A stretch of DNA of 64,000 bases. Origin: Bacteroidales bacterium (GTDB lineage Bacteria; Bacteroidota; Bacteroidia; Bacteroidales; UBA4417). The notes under the pieces were generated by a model, which had not been told where the DNA came from, made no database searches, and worked only from the letters and a program-made list of their open reading frames with translations. The stretch is taken from NCBI GenBank assembly GCA_016707785.1, contig JADJGZ010000014.1, positions 4,225 to 68,224 of the forward strand, in the 5' to 3' direction. Shown here in pieces: positions 30,343-39,633 of the stretch. A program made the position numbers and the translations under genes. Positions within the stretch are counted from its first letter, which is position 1. Each line of letters opens with the position of its first letter.

Positions 30343-33300
30343 ATGAAAAGGACCATTTTCAATCTTTTGATGATTGCCATTCTGGCTTCATCCTGCACAA
30401 ACTTTAATACAGTAAGGATTAAAAAGACAAATTTTGATGAAGAGGTTCAGCGAGCTCAGAATCTTGTCTTTACATTCAATAAAGAACTCCTGGCAGATAC
30501 TTCTTTCCTGAATAAATGGGATACTACTGTATACATGCGATTTGAACCCGGGATACAGGGGAAGTTCATGTGGACTGCCAAAAATGAACTTACTTTTTCT
30601 CCATCCGGGCAGATGAGCCCATCGACTAATTACAAGGCAACCCTTTTACCCGCATTATTGGGTAAAATAAAGAAAAATTATAAGCTCGAAAGCGATCCGT
30701 TTTTATTCCACACGCCATACCTGGATGTTACATCCATCAATACGTTCTGGGCTTTAAGTGATGATCCTGCAGCAAAGGTTGAAGCGAGGTTACAGCTTTC
30801 ATTTAATAATCCGGTATTGCCCGTTAAACTTCAGCCTCATGCAACTATCCAGGTTGAAGGTAAAACTATTCCCTATTCGATTCTTACTACTTCTGAAAGT
30901 GAAACTATTGAAATCGCATTAAAACCTGAAAATGGTGAGTTTGCAGAGAATGCGGAAGGTAAACTCAGTATTTCTGTGGGAATGCCTTCTTCTGGCGGAA
31001 ACGCTTTAACCCAAAAGATTATCACCCATTCATTCAATATTCCTTCAAAAGACCAACTTTCAATTTCATCGGTGGAAACCGGTTTTGATGTTGGCAAAGG
31101 AATTATATCAGTTTTTACTACTCAACCTGTAATTGAAGAGGGACTCGCCGGGGCTGTGAGCGTGGATCCAGCTGTTGAATTCACTGTGTCCACCCTTTCA
31201 GGAGGATTTCTTATTAAAGGTAATTTTCATGAGAATCAAGCTTATACACTGAGAATAGGCCCGTCATTAAAAAGTGTATTTGGTAAAACACTTGATGAGG
31301 AATATGTTGAGACAGTTGCATTTGGAGCGATTGAACCATTTGTCGGATTCATGGATGAGACTGCAATGTATTTGTCATCAAGAGGTTATAGAAATCTCGC
31401 CATCAGTATCATAAATGTCCCTGTTATTAAGGTTTCTGTATTTAAAATCTTTGAGAATAATATTCAGCATTATATGCGGCAGGGGAAAAACTGGGATTAT
31501 GTATATGATAATGATGAATACTACGACATGTATGGCTATTCATTTGATGAAAACTATGGCAAGCCGGTAATGACCAAAGTAGTGCAGACCCGTTCATTAC
31601 CTAAAAACGGGAATATTTCGCTCCTGAACCTGGATCTGGATGAGTTACAATTTTCTGATCCTTTCAAAGGGGTATTCCTGGTTAAAGTAGAATCAACGGA
31701 TCGCAGGTGGTTACAGGATGTTCAGCTGCTATCTCTCAGTGACATGGGGATGATTGTGAAACAAGGTTCTGAGCAAGTCATGGTTTTTGTGAACTCTTTG
31801 AAAGATGCCAGTCCTGTAAAAAGCGCTAAAGTTGATTTCATCAGCACCAACAATCAGAAAATATTTACTGCAATTACTGATAATTATGGTGTAGCGGTGA
31901 TGAAGAATAAGGATCAGCTGGCTGCGGGATTTCAGCTTGGAATGGTGAGTGTGAGAAAGGAAAGCGATTTTAACTTCATACTATTAAATAATTCAAGGGT
32001 TGAAACTTCCAGGTTTGAAGTAGGAGGAAAGAGTGTAAATGCCCTGGAATATGATGTGTTCATTTATGGTGACCGCAATCTTTACCGTCCCGGAGATTCA
32101 GTAAACATCAATGTATTGGTCAGAACCTTGCGCTGGGAGACGGTGAAGAACATTCCATTAAAAATTAAACTAATTAATCCAGGCGGGAAAGAATTCATTT
32201 CGTTGAAGAAACAATTAAGTGAGAATGGATCCGCAGCAAGTTCCTTTTATATTCCTCCCCAGGCTATGACGGGTACCTATTTGATTGAGGTATATTCTGC
32301 AAACAATATTCTACTCGAATCCAGGCGCATCTCTGTGGAAGAGTTTGTCCCTGACAGAATAAAAGTTAGTGTCAAATTAGATAAACAGGTATATAATCCC
32401 GGAGAAAAAATAAAGGTATCCACCCTCGCGGAGAATCTGTTTGGTACAGTTGCATCCGGAAAGAAAGTAGAGACGGAATTACGCTTAATGAGAAAGCAAC
32501 TGCAACCTAAAGCGTTCCCTCAGTATAATTTTGGGATCACCACACAAAATTTGCCGGTATTGACAAGCCTGGTTCAGGAAACAGTGACCGATCAGGCTGG
32601 TAAAGCTGAGCAGGAGATCATTGTTCCAACCGTCGAAAATATCGGAATCCTGGAAGGCTCGATTTTCAGTACTGTATTTGATGAAACGGGCCGGCCGGTA
32701 AATCGCTTGAATATTGTAACCATTCCTACCCAGGGATTGTTTTTTGGGATCAAGGAGCAAGACCGATGGGTGAATACCCGTAAGCCTCTCAATTTCAGTT
32801 TTGTGGCTGTTGATAAGGAGGGTAAAGCTGTGAAATCAGCCAAAGCAGCAATAACAATAATTTATTCAAGGTATGAAACTGTAATTGAACGTGGTTACAA
32901 CCGGTATAATTATGTGTCGCAACGCAAGGAAACAGTTGTTTTTTCAAAGGAGATGAACTTCGCCGGGAATGGGTTAAATCTGCCATTTGTACCAGGCAGA
33001 TCGGGAGAATATGAAGTGCGGATTGCAATTCCCGGAAGTGTGAATTATGTGTCCCATTCATTTTATGCTTATGGATGGGGAGATACTGATTTTTCATCCT
33101 TTGAGGTGGATCGGGATGGCGAGATTACCATTACATGTGATAAACAGAACTACAAACCGGGAGAAAAGGCTAAATTGTTATTTAAGGCTCCTTTCGATGG
33201 ACAGATGCTTGTCACATATGAGCAGAATAACGTGTTGGAATACAAATACATTGAATTAAAGAATAAATCAGCCAGCCTGGATATTTCCGTTTCCAAAGCT

Positions 33301-35751
33301 CATCTCCCCAATATTTATATTGATGCTACCGCTTTCAGAAAAACCCTGGATGAGTTCATGCCTTTAACAGTTGCACATGGAGTCATTTCATTGAAAGTAG
33401 ATGATCCGGATCTAAAACTAAAGGTAGGGATAAAGGCTGCAGAGAAGTCGCGATCTGGTGTCAGGCAGATAATCACTTTAAATACCATCCCAAATGCTGA
33501 GGTAACGATAGCTGTTGTTGATGAAGGGATACTGCAAGTAACTGACTTTAAAACACCGGATCCATATGCCTGGTTTTATCAGAAAAGGGCCCTGGGAGTC
33601 AGTTCTTTTGATGTGTATGCCCTGCTTATGCCTGAAATGAGATCCAGCTCAAGTGTCGCTGGGGGAGAGGCTTTCGATCTTTCACGAAGGATCAATCCGC
33701 TGACCAATGAAAGAGTGAAACTCATCTCAAAATGGAGCGGTATAATGAAAGCTAATCATTCAGGCCAGGTTAGCTTCCCCATTGATATTCCTCAATTTTC
33801 AGGTGCATTAAGGGTAATGGCAGTAGCCTATAAGGATAATAAATTTGGTGTGGCTGAACATATGATGAAAGTTGCTGATCCTGTGGTTATCAGCATGGCA
33901 TTGCCCCGGTTTCTTAGTCCGGGTGATAAGGTAAAGATGTCGGCGTCCTTAACAAATACCACGGCCTCCGGCGGGAATGCGGAGGTACAGATTCAAACCA
34001 GCGGACCACTTTCGGTGGTTAGTTCAAAATCCAGTAAATTATACCTGAAAGCCGGGAAAGAGGAAACTGTTGATTTTGAAATTCAGGCACTTGCCAATTC
34101 GGGAAATGCTACCGTTACCTTAAAAGTGAAGGCACTGGGACAATCATTTTCACAGGAGATTGTGTTACCAGTAAGGCCTGCCGGAGGTTTGACATTCTCA
34201 ACCGGATCTGGTGCTGTTAAGGCCGGATCAACAGGTACATTTAAAACTGGAGGAGAACTGATTCCATCATCTGTTCAATCGAGCCTTTATATAACAAGAT
34301 CACCTGTTGGCAGATTTCTCACCAATCTCAACCAGTTGTTAAGATATCCCTATGGATGCCTTGAACAGACTGTTTCTGTGGCTTTTCCGCAGTTATATTT
34401 CAAAGACCTTGTTCAGTACATGGGTACAGCGAAGAATGATGATTCTTTTCACAATAATAATTCGGATCACAATGTTCAGCAGGCGATTCTCAAAATAGAA
34501 TCCATGCAACTCTACAATGGTGGGTTTAGTTTGTGGGAAAATGGTGGTATTGCTGATTGGTGGCCAAGTGCTTATGCCATTCACTTCCTGATGGAGGCTC
34601 AGAAAGCAGGATTCGATGTTAACAGGAAAGTAGTGGAAGGAGGTTTGGGATTCCTTGAACAGAAGGTTAAAGAAAAGGAGATGAATACCTGGTTCTATTA
34701 TGAGAATAATGTGCTGAAGTCGAAAAAAGTTCCACGACAGGAAATATTTTATTCTTTATATGTTCTTGCAATTGCTGACAGACCGTCAGTTTCGGTAATG
34801 AATTTCTACAAAAGCCAGGCTAATCAACTATCTCCTGAAAGCCGATACCTGCTTGCCTCATCATTCTTGCTTGCCGGTGATCGCAAAAGCTATCAATCCA
34901 CTCTTCCCAGGGCATTTGGTGCAGAGAGAGCTGAGCCAGCTTCTTCAGGATACTATGGGTCCTACCTTCGTGATCTGGCTATTTCGTTGAATGCAATACT
35001 TGAAGCTGATCCCGAAAATCCACAAGTGGGAGAGTTAATGGGACAAATAGTGGAAGAAGCTAAACGTCCTAATTATTATTATACTACCCAGGAAAATGCT
35101 TTTACCTTACTGGCAGTTGGGAAGCAGGTCAGAAAGGCCATGAATTCCAATATTAATGCATCCGTCAAGATAAATAGCAAACCAATTGGTTCATTTAATA
35201 ACAAGGATATTCGGTTTAAAGATGATTTGCTTAATAAAACAGTTTCTATTGCCGCTTCCGGAAGTGGGATGCTGTATTATTCCTATGAATTATCGGGTAT
35301 CAGTACTGTAGTTCCCAAGGGGGCCAAAGACAATTATATAAAGGTTCGGAAGAGGTATCTTGACAGGAATGGCCGCGAAGTAAGCCAGGGAAGATTTAAG
35401 CAAAATGAGTTGGTGGTTGTAGAGATATCTGCCCAGGCGATTACCGGGAAATCAATTGAAAATGTTGCCATCACTGATTTATTACCCGCATGTTTTGAAA
35501 TTGAGAATTCAAGGCTAGTAGCTGAACGGGAATTTTCCTGGATAAAATCCAAAGACCAGGCGGATTATGTGGACATCAGGGATGACAGGATTTCCTACTT
35601 CACTGGTTTAAATTCCGAAATCAAGTATTTTTATTACACTGTGAGGGTAGTAGGCAAAGGGCAGTTTACAGTAGGCCCGGTTACCGCTGATGCAATGTAT
35701 AATGCAAGTTACAATTCATTTTCGGGCAGCCAGGTATTCCTGGTTGAATGA
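30343..35751 (+). CDS. Bacterial alpha-2-macroglobulin family lipoprotein with an intact thioester motif
   Basis: 1802 aa with lipobox ILASSC. The repeated MG-domain-like pattern is seen, along with the thioester YPYGCLEQT (CLEQ at 34357-34368) and a C-terminal receptor-binding-like domain. Confidence 0.9.
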   Translation: MKRTIFNLLMIAILASSCTNFNTVRIKKTNFDEEVQRAQNLVFTFNKELLADTSFLNKWDTTVYMRFEPGIQGKFMWTAKNELTFSPSGQMSPSTNYKATLLPALLGKIKKNYKLESDPFLFHTPYLDVTSINTFWALSDDPAAKVEARLQLSFNNPVLPVKLQPHATIQVEGKTIPYSILTTSESETIEIALKPENGEFAENAEGKLSISVGMPSSGGNALTQKIITHSFNIPSKDQLSISSVETGFDVGKGIISVFTTQPVIEEGLAGAVSVDPAVEFTVSTLSGGFLIKGNFHENQAYTLRIGPSLKSVFGKTLDEEYVETVAFGAIEPFVGFMDETAMYLSSRGYRNLAISIINVPVIKVSVFKIFENNIQHYMRQGKNWDYVYDNDEYYDMYGYSFDENYGKPVMTKVVQTRSLPKNGNISLLNLDLDELQFSDPFKGVFLVKVESTDRRWLQDVQLLSLSDMGMIVKQGSEQVMVFVNSLKDASPVKSAKVDFISTNNQKIFTAITDNYGVAVMKNKDQLAAGFQLGMVSVRKESDFNFILLNNSRVETSRFEVGGKSVNALEYDVFIYGDRNLYRPGDSVNINVLVRTLRWETVKNIPLKIKLINPGGKEFISLKKQLSENGSAASSFYIPPQAMTGTYLIEVYSANNILLESRRISVEEFVPDRIKVSVKLDKQVYNPGEKIKVSTLAENLFGTVASGKKVETELRLMRKQLQPKAFPQYNFGITTQNLPVLTSLVQETVTDQAGKAEQEIIVPTVENIGILEGSIFSTVFDETGRPVNRLNIVTIPTQGLFFGIKEQDRWVNTRKPLNFSFVAVDKEGKAVKSAKAAITIIYSRYETVIERGYNRYNYVSQRKETVVFSKEMNFAGNGLNLPFVPGRSGEYEVRIAIPGSVNYVSHSFYAYGWGDTDFSSFEVDRDGEITITCDKQNYKPGEKAKLLFKAPFDGQMLVTYEQNNVLEYKYIELKNKSASLDISVSKAHLPNIYIDATAFRKTLDEFMPLTVAHGVISLKVDDPDLKLKVGIKAAEKSRSGVRQIITLNTIPNAEVTIAVVDEGILQVTDFKTPDPYAWFYQKRALGVSSFDVYALLMPEMRSSSSVAGGEAFDLSRRINPLTNERVKLISKWSGIMKANHSGQVSFPIDIPQFSGALRVMAVAYKDNKFGVAEHMMKVADPVVISMALPRFLSPGDKVKMSASLTNTTASGGNAEVQIQTSGPLSVVSSKSSKLYLKAGKEETVDFEIQALANSGNATVTLKVKALGQSFSQEIVLPVRPAGGLTFSTGSGAVKAGSTGTFKTGGELIPSSVQSSLYITRSPVGRFLTNLNQLLRYPYGCLEQTVSVAFPQLYFKDLVQYMGTAKNDDSFHNNNSDHNVQQAILKIESMQLYNGGFSLWENGGIADWWPSAYAIHFLMEAQKAGFDVNRKVVEGGLGFLEQKVKEKEMNTWFYYENNVLKSKKVPRQEIFYSLYVLAIADRPSVSVMNFYKSQANQLSPESRYLLASSFLLAGDRKSYQSTLPRAFGAERAEPASSGYYGSYLRDLAISLNAILEADPENPQVGELMGQIVEEAKRPNYYYTTQENAFTLLAVGKQVRKAMNSNINASVKINSKPIGSFNNKDIRFKDDLLNKTVSIAASGSGMLYYSYELSGISTVVPKGAKDNYIKVRKRYLDRNGREVSQGRFKQNELVVVEISAQAITGKSIENVAITDLLPACFEIENSRLVAEREFSWIKSKDQADYVDIRDDRISYFTGLNSEIKYFYYTVRVVGKGQFTVGPVTADAMYNASYNSFSGSQVFLVE

Positions 35752-35874
35752 TTCCGGAATGCTAACCAGCATTGTGTTCGTAGAGTCTGGCAACAGGATT
35801 GGAGGTGAAGCCTTTGTAAAATTGGCCAGAGGTTTTTGATTTGATGATGTATATGTAAAACATGATAAATTAAA

Positions 35875-35901
35875 TAAAAAAAGCCCTCAATTTGAGGGCT
35901 T
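35875..35901 (-). terminator. Terminator after the distal tRNA-Asp fragment (also usable for A2M on the plus strand)
   Basis: AGCCCTCAA-T-TTGAGGGCT with T7 on the minus strand and TTTT on the plus strand. Confidence 0.7.
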
Positions 35902-35904
35902 TTG

Positions 35905-35981
35905 CGGTCCGGACGGGACTCGAACCCGTCCCGTCTCGTCACCAGTGACGAGACGGGATGCCATGCACGTATTCTAACCAA
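35905..35981 (-). pseudogene. tRNA-Asp-derived 3' fragment (D-loop to 3' end) with the anticodon-arm 3' half and variable region replaced by a perfect GC hairpin
   Basis: The minus strand reads TTGGTTAGAATACGTGC ATGGCAT CCCGTCTCGTCAC-TGG-TGACGAGACGGG AC GGGTTCGAGTCCCGTCCGGACCG. The flanks are identical to the intact tRNA-Asp, but there is no 5' acceptor strand or D-stem. Confidence 0.6.
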
Positions 35982-36258
35982 TTTCTTGTTTATTAAAGTC
36001 TTTAACAGAATTCATCTCCGATTGAATCAATTTCTCAATAGACCTAACTTTCAGTCGCTTAAGCCGAAGTTCTTCAATTAAGGCGTCCCTTTTGGTTTCA
36101 TAGGAATGCAAATAAACCAGCACCCATGGACCTTTAAGTGCAGTATGACGACTTTTGTTGGAGTTATGTTCAGTAAATCTTCTCAAAGGATCCTCAGAAA
36201 CTCCTTTGTAGTATTCATTGACAGACTGTGAAAAAATGATATAAACGTAATAAGGCAT
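35974..36258 (-). CDS. Small GIY-YIG nuclease family protein (94 aa)
   Basis: MPYYVYIIFSQSVNEYYKGVSEDPLRRFTEHNSNKSRHT..KGPWVLVYLHSYETKRDALIEELRLKRL: the GIY (YVYII) ... YIG-like (YYKG) ... R ... H-N ... E pattern is present. The track ORF start (36369) lies inside the tRNA-Asp gene and is rejected. The stop codon TAG lies inside the tRNA fragment D-loop (GGTTAGAAT). Confidence 0.8.
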   Translation of the reverse strand: MPYYVYIIFSQSVNEYYKGVSEDPLRRFTEHNSNKSRHTALKGPWVLVYLHSYETKRDALIEELRLKRLKVRSIEKLIQSEMNSVKDFNKQEIG

Positions 36259-36281
36259 AATAAATAATGAATAGTATAAAT

Positions 36282-36305
36282 GAAAAAAGGGAGCAAATGC
36301 TCCCT
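36282..36305 (-). terminator. Terminator directly after tRNA-Asp
   Basis: The minus strand reads GGGAGCA-TT-TGCTCCC followed by T6. Confidence 0.6.
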
Positions 36306-36310
36306 TTTTG

Positions 36311-36384
36311 CGGTCCGGACGGGACTCGAACCCGCGACCCCGTGCGTGACAGGCACGTATTCTAACCAACTGAACTACCGAACC
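36311..36384 (-). tRNA. tRNA-Asp(GUC)
   Basis: The minus strand reads GGTTCGG TA GTTC AGTTGGTTA GAAT A CGTGC CTGTCAC GCACG GGGTC GCGGG TTCGAGT CCCGT CCGGACC G. This is a complete cloverleaf. Confidence 0.9.
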
Positions 36385-36426
36385 AATATTTTAATGAACG
36401 CTGTTAATTTTATTTCAGTACTTGTT

Positions 36427-36501
36427 GTTGGGACTCGAACCCGTCCCGTCACTCGTGACGAGATGTCAGGCACGTATTCTAACCAACTGAACTACCGAAC
36501 C
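36427..36501 (-). pseudogene. tRNA-Asp-derived 5' copy lacking the anticodon-stem 3' strand and the acceptor 3' strand
   Basis: The first 35 nt are identical to tRNA-Asp (through G34). They are followed by ACATCTCGTCACGAGTGACGGGAC, then GGGTTCGAGTCCC, then unrelated AACAACAAG. Confidence 0.55.
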
Positions 36502-36532
36502 AATATTTTAAAGAACTCTCGTTAAAGGACTG

Positions 36533-36540
36533 CAAAGATA
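36533..36540 (-). promoter_or_regulatory. -7 promoter box of the tRNA-Asp cluster
   Basis: The minus strand reads TAtcTTTGCAGTCC, about 32 nt upstream of the first tRNA-like copy. A boxA-like GTTCTTTAAAA follows at 36506-36518. Confidence 0.45.
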
Positions 36541-36628
36541 AAACAATTTCAGGATTGTAAAAATAATTGATTGGATTTTTGGAAAAAAACTGGAAATATT
36601 ATCTATTGTTCTAAAAATGAGTACTTTG

Positions 36629-39508
36629 TTACCTGTTACAAAGGGATTTATAAGGACAATAGGTACAATGATCCAGGTTTTCTGTCTGTTGAAAGGAAGT
36701 ATTAGGATTAAATATATCCTCAACTATGGAGTAAATAAGCATTTCGATATCTGCAATGATTTGATCAGAGAGATCATCGGTTTTATTAATGGTAGCATTA
36801 ATCAGGTACTGAGAGGACTGGCGTAAGGAGATGATACCGGATACCAGTGAAATGTTTGCAGGCCATGAGTTATTGTTCATCTTCCTGTACATCCAGGCAT
36901 AAATCAATAGTTGCAGTAATTTTGAAGGGTTATCCATCTCTCTGAGCTGCTCTACATTCTCAATTTTTAAATCATTTTTATCAACTAACCCTGTTTTATA
37001 ATCAATCACCCTGATTTTATTTCCAATCCGATCAATTCTGTCTGCTTTCCCCCGCAGCAACACCTTTAGTGGTATTTCAGAATTTAGATCCTGGATTTCA
37101 ATTTCAGAATTCAACCACTCTTCCAGTTGAATAATTTCTATTCCTGTTACGGAAGAATCAGCTTCTTCAAGATGCTCTTTCTCAGCAATAAGAAACCTTT
37201 TAACCATGTTTTCAGCTACCTTCAGGATCAGGAGGTTTTTTCCTGAATCCATGTCATTCTGCTTAAACCGGGAAGCGAAAACCTTCTTTACATTGGCAAT
37301 TGCTGTAGGAATTATAGCATCAATTTCCTTGGTGGTGATGATGTTGTGTTTGAAAGGTAAGAATACCTGGTAAAGAGCCTCATGAACTGCTTCCCCAAGA
37401 GTGGCTGCATCCAAAGTGTCTTCTACTTCCTCGGGCTCCTTGATTTCCATCACCTGGGAATAGCAAAACTGGAGACTACAATTCAGGTATTTGCTTAAGG
37501 CTGTCGGTGAAAATCCACGTTCTGCCAGCTGTTTTAGCTTTAATTGTATATCAGCAGTCTTTCTGATCTCAATAACGGTCTCCTTAGCCTTTTCTGGAGG
37601 AATGGCGCAAATAGACTCTGAAATAGTGATGGCTGGGTTGTATTGAGGCAGTTCGAGTTGAATTTGTGTAATAAACCGGCTCTTTTCACCACCTCCTAAG
37701 TCTGTTCCTTCCGTATTATATAAAAGGTAAACATTTTCTGCCCGCTGCAGAAGCCGGTAGAAGTGATAGGAAAATACTGCATTCCTCTCACTGTATAGCT
37801 GGAGGTTAAAGGCTTTCCTTACTTCAAACGGAATAAATGTGTTCTGGTGTTTTCCTTTAGGAATCATGCCTTCATTCGCTGACAGCATGATGACATTCTT
37901 AAAATCCAAAGTCCTGGTTTCAAGAACGCCCATCATCTGTAATCCATTAAGTGGCTCACCATAAAAAGGAAGTCTTAAAGCTGAAGCCTGCGATTTGAAT
38001 ACTTCGTATAAAGTACCAACTCCATCCAGTAAATCAGTTTCCTGCACTGCTTTTTTGAGCTGACGGGTCAATAAAGCGAATTGATATAAGAACTCGGTGT
38101 CTACATCAGAACTACCATGCCTGGGGTTGTCAGGAGCTTTTGCTGAGGGCCGCAGGTAATTGATCAACTGCTGAATGAGATCGAGGATGGCAGAAGAATC
38201 GACTAAACCTGATTTGATGACAGTTTCAAACATACCAGATATTTCCGGCAATGATTGTTGTATATGATGAATGAATTCTTCCGGGGCAAGAAATGACTTT
38301 CCGGCATAGTCAGAAGAACCATTTTGCGTTTTCTTTTCTTTATTGATGAATGGCTGAAAATAAGGATGCTTTAGGAACCGATCAATGTCCTTGTGATAGA
38401 ACCGGAGATTCAGGCTATTTTTTGACTTTCCGGAATTCAGCCTTTCGGATTGATATAATGCCTGTATCCATAATCTGAAAACAGAATCAAAGAGTGAAAA
38501 GGCAGGGGTAAGTTTTAATGGATACCCCATCGTTACATTAAATTTATTCAACTCTGCCGGCATTGAATTCATTACCGGAAGTAAAAGGCTCTCATCCACA
38601 AGCACCAGGGCAATGTCGGAGGGATTTTCAGAAACCACCAATTCACTGATTAATTGTCCTGCCAGTTTCGCCTGACCGATGTTTCCAGGCACTCCAATTA
38701 CTGAGATTTTTTTGGAATCATTCCTGAACGACTGTCCGATCCATCGAGGTTCGCCAAAAGCTTTATCCTTCAGAAAGTTTCTGAGAAATACTCCGGCTTC
38801 CTGTCTTTTATCATCTAAATAATAGGCGTCTGCATCCCAGATGACCTCAGCTTTGCCTCTCTCAATAAAATGTTTGATGAGTTTCTCTTCAGCAGTTGTT
38901 AATGCATTAAAGCCTGCAAAAATGATGGTATCCCAATGATCCCATTCATGGTCATCCAGGGTGCTTAACATTTGTTCAAAAGCCATCCCAAAATATCCTT
39001 CATTCCTCTCATTGAGGATTTCTTTGAAGTTCCTGTAAATGGGAGCAAGTGAATTAAAAAATTTGAGGTAATCCGTTTCAAATGCTGAAAGTGCTTCCCC
39101 ATCGGGATTCCAGTGATTCATCGCTTTTATCTCATCAAGGTATCCGAATACTTCTTCACCATCGACAAGGTATTGATCCAATTCATCAAAGTCATTCAGG
39201 AGCATTGTGCCCCACGACTGGAATTCAGCAAATGATTTGGCTTTTATTTCATCAATAGACTGATAGGTCTTGTATAGTTGAACAAGCAAGGATAACTGAT
39301 CAGGGATCATGAGTCCTGATTTCAGCGTGACAAAATCTTCGAGTGCAAAAATATCCGGGAGCCAAACCGGTTTATTAATCTGTTTTGATATGTATTGACT
39401 AAGGAATAATCCCGCCCTGCGGTTTGGAAATACAACACATAACCGGCTAAGACCATCTTTGTAGTTTTCAGTCAGATATACGGCAAGTTGATGTAGAAAT
39501 GGTTGCAT
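36629..39508 (-). CDS. PD-(D/E)XK nuclease family protein, AddB-like
   Basis: 959 aa. The C-terminal RecB-type nuclease motifs are seen (GKADRIDR..., VIDYKTG, QLLIYAWM), and the protein ends with a Cys cluster, HCTYCPYKSLC. Confidence 0.75.
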   Translation of the reverse strand: MQPFLHQLAVYLTENYKDGLSRLCVVFPNRRAGLFLSQYISKQINKPVWLPDIFALEDFVTLKSGLMIPDQLSLLVQLYKTYQSIDEIKAKSFAEFQSWGTMLLNDFDELDQYLVDGEEVFGYLDEIKAMNHWNPDGEALSAFETDYLKFFNSLAPIYRNFKEILNERNEGYFGMAFEQMLSTLDDHEWDHWDTIIFAGFNALTTAEEKLIKHFIERGKAEVIWDADAYYLDDKRQEAGVFLRNFLKDKAFGEPRWIGQSFRNDSKKISVIGVPGNIGQAKLAGQLISELVVSENPSDIALVLVDESLLLPVMNSMPAELNKFNVTMGYPLKLTPAFSLFDSVFRLWIQALYQSERLNSGKSKNSLNLRFYHKDIDRFLKHPYFQPFINKEKKTQNGSSDYAGKSFLAPEEFIHHIQQSLPEISGMFETVIKSGLVDSSAILDLIQQLINYLRPSAKAPDNPRHGSSDVDTEFLYQFALLTRQLKKAVQETDLLDGVGTLYEVFKSQASALRLPFYGEPLNGLQMMGVLETRTLDFKNVIMLSANEGMIPKGKHQNTFIPFEVRKAFNLQLYSERNAVFSYHFYRLLQRAENVYLLYNTEGTDLGGGEKSRFITQIQLELPQYNPAITISESICAIPPEKAKETVIEIRKTADIQLKLKQLAERGFSPTALSKYLNCSLQFCYSQVMEIKEPEEVEDTLDAATLGEAVHEALYQVFLPFKHNIITTKEIDAIIPTAIANVKKVFASRFKQNDMDSGKNLLILKVAENMVKRFLIAEKEHLEEADSSVTGIEIIQLEEWLNSEIEIQDLNSEIPLKVLLRGKADRIDRIGNKIRVIDYKTGLVDKNDLKIENVEQLREMDNPSKLLQLLIYAWMYRKMNNNSWPANISLVSGIISLRQSSQYLINATINKTDDLSDQIIADIEMLIYSIVEDIFNPNTSFQQTENLDHCTYCPYKSLCNR

Positions 39509-39633
39509 TAATATTGGATCATGGAAATTTTAATGGGTTGGAATTCCTGATGCCAAGTTACAAAGAATAGTGAACCTGAAGGTGATCCATTTATCATACA
39601 CCTTGATTTCTGACTCCTCGTTAGGTGATAACT

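Noticed and set aside
30108-30398. 96-aa minus-strand ORF bridging the GNAT 3' end and the A2M 5' end
   Set aside because: It overlaps two well-supported plus-strand genes and the intergenic promoter region, and has no motif.
35709-36525. Track ORFs 35709..35981(-), the 5' part of 35974..36369(-), and 36280..36525(+)
   Set aside because: Their MVRIRA.H...GFESRPDRK peptides are translations of the tRNA-Asp gene and its fragments. Only the GIY-YIG part (35974-36258) has protein-like motifs.
35875-36545. Integrated prophage or genomic island at tRNA-Asp
   Set aside because: There is no integrase or other mobile-element gene. The segment between the tRNA copies holds only the 94-aa GIY-YIG gene, and the neighbouring genes are ordinary chromosomal genes.
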